The translations under genes and the position numbers were made by a program. From the NCBI RefSeq assembly GCF_006345805.1, contig NC_042997.1, positions 26,040,001 through 26,104,000 of the forward strand: 64,000 nt of DNA. Direction: 5' to 3'. This DNA comes from Octopus sinensis. Its lineage: Eukaryota. The notes below the pieces were generated by a model that saw only the letters and a program-made list of their open reading frames with translations, was not told the DNA's origin and did no database searches. Shown in pieces: positions 53,487 to 64,000 of the stretch; the first letter of the stretch is position 1, and each line of letters starts with the position of its first letter.

Positions 53487-53863
53487 GGCGCAGGAGTGAC
53501 TGTGTGGTAAGTAGCTTGTTTACCAACCACATGGTTCTGGGTTCAGTCCCACTGCGTGGCACCTTCGGCAAGTGTCTTCTACTATAGCCTCGGGCCGACC
53601 AAAGCCTTGTGAGTGGATTTGGTAGACGGAAACTGAAAGAAGCTCGTCGTATATATGTATATATATATGTTTGTGTGTGTGTTTGTGTGTCTGTATTTGT
53701 CCCCCTAGCATTGCTTGACAACCGATGCTGGTGTGTTTATGTCCCCGTAACTAAGCGGTTCGGCAAAAGAGACCGATAGAATAAGTACTGGGGTCGAGTT
53801 GCTCCATTAAAGGCGGTGCTCCAGCATGGCCGCAGTCAAATGACTGAAACAAGTTAAAGAGTA
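53487..53863 (+). mobile_element. SINE family B
   Basis: Full head and tail. Confidence 0.9.
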
Positions 53864-54379
53864 AATTCGAAGCTACAACGTGAATGCATATTTGTATTAA
53901 TGTAGAAATTATACATAGGCAGTTTGAAACGATTTTGAGAATATATTTGAAATTTCTTTACCATCCAAACTATTTTCGAAGGCGATCCGCCATACCCCGA
54001 TGTCTGACAACGTTTCAATTAACTATACCACCATTCTCATTCAAATATTGACCTTATATCTAATACAAAGATACCATTGTGGTAAGTCTTTTTATTGGCG
54101 GGTAAGATGGGGTACTGGATCAAATAAAACCTGATTATTCGGGGGAATTTTTTTTTAATCAAAAGTTCTGGAGCATTTTGGATGGACTCTATAGTCTTTT
54201 TACGCAGTTTTTCTTCCGACATTTTCTCCCACCTTATTTCAGTTTGACATCACTTCCTGCACACTATGTAATGATTTATGTTCTGGCCATCAGGCGAAAT
54301 CAAAACCAATTCCAATAGACTGCTACCAGATCATCGTTATTTGTTCGTTCTTTTAAAAGATATGGTTAAATACAATACA

Positions 54380-54500
54380 TCATGAAGCAGTGATAAGTGA
54401 TGTCCTTCATCATACGTTGTCCACCGCCATCCCTTTCTGTACGATACAAATTGTAGCACCATCAATCATGGTGACATACAATCTAAACTTGATTTTCGTT
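54380..54500 (-). pseudogene. Possible APE-endonuclease remnant of a LINE
   Basis: Minus-strand YNLYRTERDGGG resembles the EN Y..yR.DR..GGG motif. Confidence 0.3.
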
Positions 54501-54630
54501 CTCGACATATCTATACTTGCTCCATTTGTAATCGTGTTCTCTCCCGGGAAACTGTTTCTATCAACTCACTAAACCACTATCCACTATTACCCCTCACTTT
54601 CAAATGCATTATATGCGTGTATATATATAC

Positions 54631-54661
<31 letters not shown>

Positions 54662-54942
54662 CATATATATATACATATATACATATATTTATATATATAT
54701 ATATATATATATACTACATGCTCGTGTATTTGATCATCAAGTTGATAACACACATGCACACATGCAAGCAAACATATATAAATATATATGTATAAATATA
54801 TTTATATATGCATGTTTATGCGCGTGTTTGAGTATATTATGTATGTATATAATATGAGCGGGTTTTTCGGAAAATGTTGTTTTCTGTGTAATTTTCTGTA
54901 TGCGTGTAGATAAACACGTCACGCACAACTATAATATATATA

Positions 54943-54980
<38 letters not shown>

Positions 54981-55059
54981 TACTTAACTCTAATAGATTT
55001 CTGTATATGTTTATACATGGATACTTGTGAAACATAGCTGTATGTATACATGTAGTTAT

Positions 55060-55195
55060 ATGTACACACGTACATACATGCATTCACAAATACGTACATG
55101 CATACACACGCACATATATATATATATATATGTACACACGTACATACATGCATTCACAAATACGTACATGCATACACACGCACACATATATATAA
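55060..55195. repeat. 70-bp tandem duplication of a cryptic microsatellite
   Basis: TGTACACACGTACATACATGCATTCACAAATACG at 55061 and 55131. Confidence 0.8.
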
Positions 55196-55481
55196 TCATG
55201 AGTGTGTGTGAACGCGTGTTATATATGTCGGTGTATTTGTATGCGTGATTCCGTGTGTGATACACATGCATGTCTCTGCTTATGTGAATATATGTCCTGT
55301 TTTGTATTTTCTGTGTGCTTATTACGTAAATATAGATATTTGCGTGTATCAACGAACATTGTATTCACCAAATTATTTCAAAGATTTTATAAATTCAACT
55401 AGTCTTTCTGATATCACACTAAGCATCGTACCTTGAAATGGTTTTATTTCGTTCGGGTTTTCATTCTTTTCTTTTTTCTTT

Positions 55482-55886
55482 TCTTTTACTTGTTTCAGTC
55501 ATTTGACTGCGGCCATGCTGAAGCACCGCCTTTAGTCGAGCAAATCGACCCCGGGACTTATTCTTTGTAAGCCCAGTACTTATTCTATCGGTCTCTTTTT
55601 GCCGAACCGCTAAGTGACGGGGACGTAAACACACCAGCATCGGTTGTCAAGCAATGCTAGGGGGACAAACACAGACACACAAACATATACACATACATAT
55701 ATAATATATATATAACATATATACGACAGGCTTCTTTCAGTTTCCGTCTACCAAATCCACTCACAAGGCATTGGTCGGCCCAAGGCTATAGTAGAAGACA
55801 CTTGCCCAAGATGCCACGCAGTGCGACTGAACCCGGAACCATGTGTTTGGTTAGCAAGCTACTTACCACACAGCCACTCCTGCGCC
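55482..55886 (-). mobile_element. SINE family B
   Basis: Full head and tail. Confidence 0.9.
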
Positions 55887-56440
55887 TGTATATATTTATG
55901 TATTTATACATCAGCCACAGACATAGTGAAATGAATATATCTGGGTGTTTTTCCTTCTTCGTGCTTACCTTACGTTCATAGTGTTTCAATTTTCGTATTC
56001 TAAATATTTACGTTTCGTGTGGTTAAAAAGCTACACAGTTTGTATAGAGTGTAGAATTTGTGTTGTAATGAACTCAAGTATATTACTTTGACCTAATTTA
56101 TTGATTCTGGTGAGCCGTAAAAATATATAATGTGGATGTCCATCTTCCGAATTCGGGGATTCAGTTCTTCGATCAAGTGAATAACTTGTTTCTGAACGTA
56201 TACATGATTTAGCATTCGCCAGACATGTGTACGATTAACATAATCGTCAGGCATAATCAACATGATAGCGTAAGTAACGAATTTGTAGCTTTTGACTTTA
56301 AGGTTCAACTCATCCAACAGATTTTATACAGTTTCCATCTACGTCCGATAGGTTTCTTTAAGGGAAATCAGCTGAGGGTTTTACTAGATATATGACACTA
56401 AAGAATCTCAAAATTTAGTCTTTGGTGACGCAGCAATTCT

Positions 56441-56663
56441 TATTTCTTTATTGGCCACAAAAGCTAAACATAGAGGAGACAAACAAGGACAGACAAAGGG
56501 ATTAAGTCGATTGCAACGACCCCAGTGCGTAACTGGTGCTTAATTTATCGATGTAAGGCAAAGTCGACCTCGGTGGAATTTGAACTCAGAACGTAGCAGC
56601 AGACGAAATACCGCAAAACATTTCGCCCGGCGTGCTAACGTTTTTGCCAGCTCGCCGCCTTAA
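56441..56663 (-). mobile_element. SINE family A, full length
   Basis: 16-bp TSD GTGACGCAGCAATTCT (56425-56440, 56664-56679). Confidence 0.9.
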
Positions 56664-57107
56664 GTGACGCAGCAATTCTATAAATGAAATAATTTCGTTT
56701 CCTTTCTATCCTTTTCTTTTGAAGCTTAGGACGATTTTGATTTTTAATCTTTTGTGGGAGACCATAGGAGAAAGTACCAGTAACATATTTAAATCAGCTT
56801 TGAATTTTTTCAAGTCTGGTAGAAGAAATTGAGTTTTACTCCATTTCCTTCTTCTGGGCTTCTGATATTGCTAACAGGAAAGGAGGAAATCATCCCCCAA
56901 CTCGTAGTCTTGGCACAAAATTCTTGCAGCATAATGTATTTTGATAAAGGCTAAAAGGAGGCTTTATTAAACTGGGCGAATGGTTACGTTATTGTATCAG
57001 TCCTGTCTTGCTCCAGATCAAAAGAAATTAGCAATTTAATCAATTTATGGCAGGTGATATATAAAAATTTACACATTTTGTGGAGCATCACTTTCATTTA
57101 TATTGTA

Positions 57108-57624
57108 CTAGCAGTATCGCCCGGCGTTGCTCGGGTTTGTAAGGGAAATAACTATATAAGCATTTTTAGAGAGTTACTTCCTTTATAGATGCCAATTCGG
57201 GCTTTCTTAGCCATTTCTGTTTTGGTGTCTTCAAGCCATGAAGTCGTTGTTCTAAAAGAACGCTGGTCTCCTTGACAACGCATTACGACGTTGATTTCCT
57301 TAAACTCCCTTCCCCACAGCTTCACGAGGGAGGGAATAAGGGGGAGAAGCAAACACAGGTGCAGGTGTTTGAGCGTGGACGCCAACTCCGCCGCCATCGA
57401 CACACGAAAAATTATGCATTAAAATGGAATAAAAAATTATGTTAAATTATTTTTAAAATCGTAGACTCATCGTAGACGCGCGCTAATAGCCAGACGGGCT
57501 CGATATGAATCACGACTATAAGATACCCGAATTTGGTTAAACTGCACCTCAAAATGTGGGAGGAGTTAGGTATCTAAATCGTAGGAGACAGACACTCACA
57601 CAACTACAGTTTTATATATATAGA
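57108..57624 (-). mobile_element. Non-autonomous Helitron, copy 6, with an internal insert of about 220 bp
   Basis: Termini as in other copies; foreign GC-richer segment 57188-57406. Confidence 0.85.
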
Positions 57625-58631
57625 TTATGTTTGGCGTTGTTCTTGTTTCTTCCGTTTATTTAAACCAAATCACTTCTAACCAAACAAATGTCAGGTGAAA
57701 ATATTTTAGTAATGGTCGTGAAATCATGTCAGTTTTTCTTGGAAGTTGAGTTACTATACAAACGTACTCTTCTTGACTTGTACTCTATATAGTGAGCCAG
57801 CTAGAATGTCATTATGCTGTCTGAATCCTGATTAATCCGATCTACTACTGCACCGATCCACGATTTTTTTTAGTTGTGTCGATAAGTCTAACTGATATGT
57901 AATGATATATCTAGAGATATATCCATTATTGTTATTTGTGATGGTTACATACTGTGTGAAGGAAATTTTGCTGTTATCTGTGACGGGTCGAGTGATGATG
58001 TAGAGGATCGTACGCTGGCGAACTAGCTATATTTTTCAAATTCAGTTAAAGAAACAAATGAAAAAAACTATTGTAACTTCACATAAATTACGCGTTTAAA
58101 ATTTCCTCTATGATTCTCATTATCTCTTTTCTCCTCTTGTCTCCTCTCTCATCTTATTCGTGTTTGTGTGTTTAGTTTTGGCTTATTCCCCATCTACTGA
58201 GTTGTAAAGTATAATAGCCATGAAGTGATTTTTCAATCGACTTCTTTATTATGCTTTGTAATTCAGTTTTCATTTTGTCATATTCATCGTTTTCTTACCA
58301 AGAAGGTGAGATGTTGTACATAATTCTTATATAATCTTACTGCTCATACGATCATGGTATGCTTTCTTTTCTAAGAGTTTTAATCCAGGTATTGTTAGTT
58401 TCTAATTATGAAGTGTGTGAGTTTACATATGTATATGTGTGTGTGAGTGTGTGTGCGTGCGTGTGTGTGTGCGTGCGTGTGTGTGTATGTGTAAACACAT
58501 AAACTGGCCTCATAGAAACCAGCACTGAGAAATAGAATGTAGAATCCAGAATTATGAAATTATTTCATGAGGTGTATGAGCTATAAAAATCGGTAGGGAT
58601 ACCTCCTTTTCTTATGGTTTATGTATGTGAG

Positions 58632-58665
<34 letters not shown>

Positions 58666-58923
58666 TATACGCACACATGCATATATATTTATACATGTAT
58701 ACATATGCATGTGTGTGTGTGCGTGTGTGTGTGTGTAAAATGCATTTCTGGGGATATACTATCCGGGCAGACACCGAGTTAGCTCGCTGTTTGGTTCCAG
58801 ATGCCGGCTTTCCACGGAGATCATTATCCAATGCCAGTGCGTAAAGTGAATTGTTAGCCACTGGTAAGTTATCTCTTTGGGTAATTCTGTGTCCTACTCA
58901 TGACTGTAACATTCCTTAGAGTG

Positions 58924-58984
<61 letters not shown>

Positions 58985-59049
58985 TTAATAATAATAATAA
59001 TAATGATAATAATAATAAAAATAATATTAATAATAATAATAATAATAAA

Positions 59050-61597
59050 CGAACATCCAAAAAAAAGGAATATTAAAACAACAAACTCAGCATCTGAGCA
59101 ACTTTAGACCGCCATAACAACTGAAGAGGTCACCCAGGCACTGCAAAGACTAAGCAACTGGAAGGCACCTGGGCGTGACAAGATCCCCAACTTCTGGTTG
59201 AAATATCTAACAAGAATGCACAAAAAGCTGGCTGAAAAATTTAACAACATACTAGCAGAGCCAGAGACAATGCCTGAATGGCTCACGAAGGGGAAAATCT
59301 TCTTAATTCCCAAATCAAATGAGACAGCAAAACCAGAAAACTACAGACCAATAACCTGTCTCCCTACAATGTACAAGGCATTTACTGCAGTGATATCGCA
59401 AAGGTTGAACAAGCACCTGGACGAAAACAACCTGTTTCCAGAAGAGCAGAAAGGATGCCGCAAAGGCTCGAATGGCTTTAAAGATCAACTAATGATTAAT
59501 AAAGCTATAACTGAAGACAGCCGCAGAAAGAAGAAAGGCCTCAGTATGGCCTGGATCGACTACAAAAAGGCATTTGATAGCATCCCCCACACATGGATCC
59601 TCGAAACACTAGCCATTAACAAAGTAGCACCAACAATTATAAAATTCATAGGGCACTCTATGAATAAATGGCAAACAGTGCTACAGTTCCAAACAAAAGA
59701 GGCACTCATGAAAACCAAAGCCATCCCCATTAGGAGAGGAATATTCCAGGAAGACACGCTCTCTCCACTCCTTTTCTGCTTGGCACTGTCACCTCTATCT
59801 GATATGCTAAATAGAACGGGATGCGGATATAAATGTAACGGCAAAACGATCAGCCACCTTTTATATATGGATGACCTAAAACTATACGCTGCAAATGACA
59901 AACAGCTGGAAACACTATTAAAGACAGTTCATGGATTTACCAAAGAAATAGATATGAAATTTGGATTAGAAAAATGCGCCAAAGTAACCATGAAAAGAGG
60001 AAAACTGGTTAAGAGTAGCAACATCACACTAGATAAAACCAATGAAATAAAAGAATTAGACCAAAGCCAAACTTACAAATACTTAGGAATCCATGAACTA
60101 GATAAGACACAACACACACAAAGGAAAGAGAAAATAAAAAAAGAATATTATAGACGAGTTGGATCAATACTAAAAACAGGGCTCAATGCTAAAAACAAGA
60201 TAATAGGTATTAACACTTTAGCTGTCCCAGTTATAAGTTACAACTACAATATCCTTAACTGGACACTAAATGAACTGACCAAAATAGATAGGTAAACAAG
60301 AAAAATAATGACAGGATCTAGGATGCATCACCCAAAATCTGACATAGAAAGACTATATATACAACGTATAGAAGGTGATAGAGGCCTTATACAGCTGGAA
60401 ACCTATTATAAAATAACCACCATAGGACTGCAAAAATATCTACTTCAGAAGGAAGGAAAACTGATACAAATAGCGGCAAAACACGAGCAAAACAAAAAAC
60501 CGTTCTCAGTATTTAAGGAAGCTGACAAATACAAACAAGAAATCATACCACCTAATAAATATGAAGAAGAAGAAGAAGAAGAAGAAGAAGAAGAAGAAGA
60601 AAAAGAAGAAGAAGAAGAAGAAGAAGAAGAAGAAGAAGAAGAAGAAGAAGAAGAAGAAGAAGAAGAAACAAAAGCTATAAAACAAATGAAATCCAAACTA
60701 AAAATAGAACAGCAACGAACCATGATAAAACGATGGCAAGAAAAGCCCCTTCATGGTAAATACTGCACTAAACTAAACGCAAAAGAAATGGACAAAGAAA
60801 TATCCCAGCAATGGTTGAGAAGCTCAGGACTCAAAGCAGAGACAGAGGGATTTTTAATTGCAGCACAAGACCAAAGCCTCCACACCAGAAATTACCAAAA
60901 ACATGTAATGAAAAGAAATATAACAAGTAACTGCAGAATATGTGGAGATGGACAAGAAACAATAAATCATATTATCTCTGGCTGCCCAGTCCTCGCTAAG
61001 AAGGAATATATTCACAGACATGACAGAGTTGGAGTCTACATACACTGGAAGCTATGCCAACATTATGGAATAACAACAGAAAAAAGATGGTATAGGCACA
61101 CACCAGAAAAGGTCACAGAAAACGAGAAGGCAACCATTCTCTGAGATATGCCGATACACACAGATAGAGAAATTAAGGCCAACAGACCAGATATAGTTGT
61201 CAGAGATCATGAAGAAAAAAAAAATGCTTTCTAATTGATGTATCAATACCGGCAGATGACAATGTGTCTCTAAAAGAAATGGAGAAACTTTCAAAATACA
61301 AAGACCTGGAAATAGAGGTAACCAGAATGTGGAATCTAAAAACAGAAACAATTCCTATCATAGCAGGTGCATTAGGCATGATAAAAAAATATTCAGACAA
61401 ATACATAACAAAAATACCAGGACTTACAAACACATATAACATACAGAAAATTGCACTACTAGGTACTGCACACATCCTACGCAGAACATTTTCCATACAA
61501 TAACCATCAGAACATCACAACAAATCACAGCACATACCTAAGGCACACAGATCTGCGCTCGGTAGTGAAGTGAAAGCACTCTATAAAAATAAAACTA

Positions 61598-61600
<3 letters not shown>
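59050..61600 (+). mobile_element. 5'-truncated R4/Dong-clade non-LTR retrotransposon (RT, CCHC, restriction-like endonuclease) within (TAA)n
   Basis: NWKAPG, YRPITCLPTMYK, AWIDYKKAFDS, HLLYMDDLKLY, CRICG..ETINHIISGC, RPDIVV..IDVSIP..KYKDLEIE; (AAT)n at 58925-59048 and 61601-61700. Confidence 0.93.
59198..60295 (+). pseudogene. R4/Dong reverse transcriptase, inactivated
   Basis: QGD motif reads QED; premature TAA at 60293-60295; further stop at 61142 and a frameshift near 61215. Confidence 0.9.
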
Positions 61601-61688
<88 letters not shown>

Positions 61689-62105
61689 TGATAATAATAA
61701 TTACAGTATAGAGATTTTCAAATCCACTATTTTTATTTTAGAGTTTACAGCATATTACAATGACCTACACGTGCTTCTACTGCAGCGACGGCACATTGTT
61801 GCAGATACCGTCTTGCAATATTGTCAGTGCAGTTCACTTCGAAAGAGACTTAATGGACGGACCCCGATGAAACGGCAACAATGTGCGTTCGCTGCAGTGG
61901 AAACATGTGTAGGTCATTGTAATATGCTGTGCATTTCTAAAATAAAAATAGTGGATGTACAAGTATCCATACTTATTATTATGCGTATGCGTGTGTGTAT
62001 ATTATTCGGATGAGGAAGATTTTGCTAAGGTATTGCTATATTAAGTACCAGTTGTTAAAACTCAATATACATATGATTTACTCTAAACCATATATATATA
62101 TATAT

Positions 62106-62324
62106 CTCTTTACTCTTTTACTCTTTTACTTGTTTCAGTCATTTGAATGCGGCCATACTGGAGCACCACCTTTAGTCGAGCAACTCGACCCCGGGACTTA
62201 TTCATTTTGTAAGCCCAGTACTTATTCTATCGGTCTCTTTTTGCCGAACCGCTAAGTGAATGGGACGTAAACACACCAGCATCGGCTGTCCGGCAATGCT
62301 AGGGGAACAAACACAGACACACAA

Positions 62325-62355
<31 letters not shown>

Positions 62356-62517
62356 CGACAGACTTCTATCAGTTTCCGTCTACCAAATCCACTCACAAGG
62401 CATTGGTCGGCCCGGAGCTATAGCAGAGACACTTGCCCAAGATGCCACGCAGTGGGACTGAACCCGGAACCATGTGGCTGGTTAGCAAGCTACTTACCAC
62501 ACAGCCACTCCTGCGCC
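62106..62517 (-). mobile_element. SINE family B
   Basis: Full head and tail. Confidence 0.9.
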
Positions 62518-62524
62518 TATATAT

Positions 62525-62576
<52 letters not shown>

Positions 62577-63539
62577 ATATATATATTTGTGAAATAGAAA
62601 GATGAATAATCTTGTAGTAGATTAATCAAAAATTTAACCGATACCTTAGTAGCAAAAATCACAGCAGTAAACAGCACGGTTGGAGGTACAACCATCTGGC
62701 GTTGCAACCGTGCGTTGGTGCGGATAATTGAAATTAAAACATTATTGGTGAATTGAAGAAATGGAGCTGAACGCAGATTGAACAGAAATCGTTTTATTTT
62801 TCATTCTACACGTGTTTTCGAAGGCACAATTACCAAAATCCGATTGAATAATGGGACCATATTGTGTCTTTCTCTTCAGGAAGAAAAAAGGAAATCCGTT
62901 GGAAAAACAAAAACAGAACAGAGGCGGAGCAAAAACAAATCGAACTATGCTCCTAAGAGCCCATGGCGAAACTGTTTATCAGTGTATGTTGAGAACCGGT
63001 GGCTGAAGAATTCAACGGGTCAGGCATCGGTCAATCATGTGGGTGAGGGTGTATAGATGTTCTTTGTGACCGAGAATAAAGTTCTGACTATTTAAGGAAT
63101 ATTGGATGTTTTATAAGGGGCGAGAAAAAATCTACTTAGAGACGTGTATGTGTGTATACTGTTCTATATATGTGTGTGTTGGCGTAGGGGTAAAAACATT
63201 TTTTGTGTACGTGTGTGCGTTTGATCGTTCGGCTGTCAGTGGCTACTGCCGTGATAACCGTTAGGTGGCAGAAAGAAAAAAATATATATATATTATGTTT
63301 TATGTGTGTGTGTGTTCATCTAAGCCTGCCTTGTCAAGGAAACCCCCCGCTGTGAAAAAACCAAGCCCCGTTTGTCTTACAGGAGTAATTCCCCTTGCAG
63401 TGGTTAATCGTAGATATCTTAAAGGCTATTTCAGAATTTGTTACCAAGGGCTATGGGTGCCGGTATTATTTATAAACGCTATTTAAAAGCCAGATAAGTG
63501 TAACGCCGCCAATGGGGGCATCGAAAAGCCGACTGTAAG

Positions 63540-64000
63540 AGCCCGTTTACCATCCGGCCTCTGGCAAACAAAATATGGAAGAGTTCGGAGACACAAGGTT
63601 GCACTGTCTTCTGCCCCTATCAAATGGGAGGGCCACCGACAAAATTGACCATTCCAGCCTATAGCTTAAGTTCGTATCCTTCAGTCGCCATATTAGCTTA
63701 CTGAGTCCCGTGGTCTGGCGCTTGTTCACGTCCCGAAAAGTTGCGTAATGGTTGGAGACACGCAAAGACAATCTTGAGGATGATGCCCCTACATAAGTGA
63801 AGACATCTGAGTCCGTGTAAACCTTGCATTGGTAGACGGCGTTTTTGATCTTGGAGTTCGCCGACGTGAATCTTAATCTGCTAGGATTAGTTTCTGAAAT
63901 TAGAACTGCGTTCCTGTCACTATATTCGTTCCGAGACCTGCAGCCGCTTACTACTCTATTTTCCACTACGTCACTATTAACTATAGGAATAACCCCTGAT
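63540..64000 (-). pseudogene. GIY-YIG endonuclease end of a third Penelope-like lineage (runs off the window)
   Basis: AVYQCKV..TYVGAS..R..NH..TF..TGLSKLIWRLK..EWSILS..CNL. Confidence 0.8.

Noticed and set aside
56215-56260. HHR-like CTGACGA..AATCG..ACATGTC on the minus strand (similar at about 30085-30112)
   Set aside because: GAAA is missing and stem II would need the core G-A; too degenerate to call
58801-58869. Candidate exon (TTGGTTCCAG acceptor, G|GTAAGT donor, 63 nt)
   Set aside because: Stop codons in all three frames; no recognisable homology
62880-62983. Candidate exon after TCTTTCTCTTCAG with a GTATGT donor
   Set aside because: Lys-rich translation with no recognisable family; such sites arise by chance in 64 kb

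Overview
Eukaryotic, AT-rich, microsatellite-saturated DNA with no recognisable host gene, so probably a gene desert or a very large intron. The SINE families and repeat landscape look like an Octopus (cephalopod) genome; this is my pattern recognition, not a database result. Most ORF-track entries are (TA)n/(CA)n/(AAT)n artefacts. All recognisable coding sequence is decayed retroelement: two RTE fragments (one with three C-terminal C2H2 fingers), a decayed CR1-type LINE, two adjacent Penelope-like elements (RT + GIY-YIG) plus a third GIY-YIG at the right edge, and a young R4/Dong element inside (TAA)n. Non-coding mobile DNA includes at least 4 tRNA-derived SINE families, six non-autonomous Helitrons and a hAT MITE. 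Best leads: (1) minimal hammerhead-ribozyme (HHR) motifs sit at the inner boundary of three inverted duplications, including a 261-bp spacer-less palindrome; (2) the CR1 3' end matches the tail of the commonest SINE; (3) the triple-C2H2 RTE; (4) modular Helitron interiors; (5) a start-less 220-codon Gly/Cys frame, missed by the ORF track, whose exact antisense is a Thr-rich ORF. Most of these extend known transposon biology. I do not see a clearly new host system.
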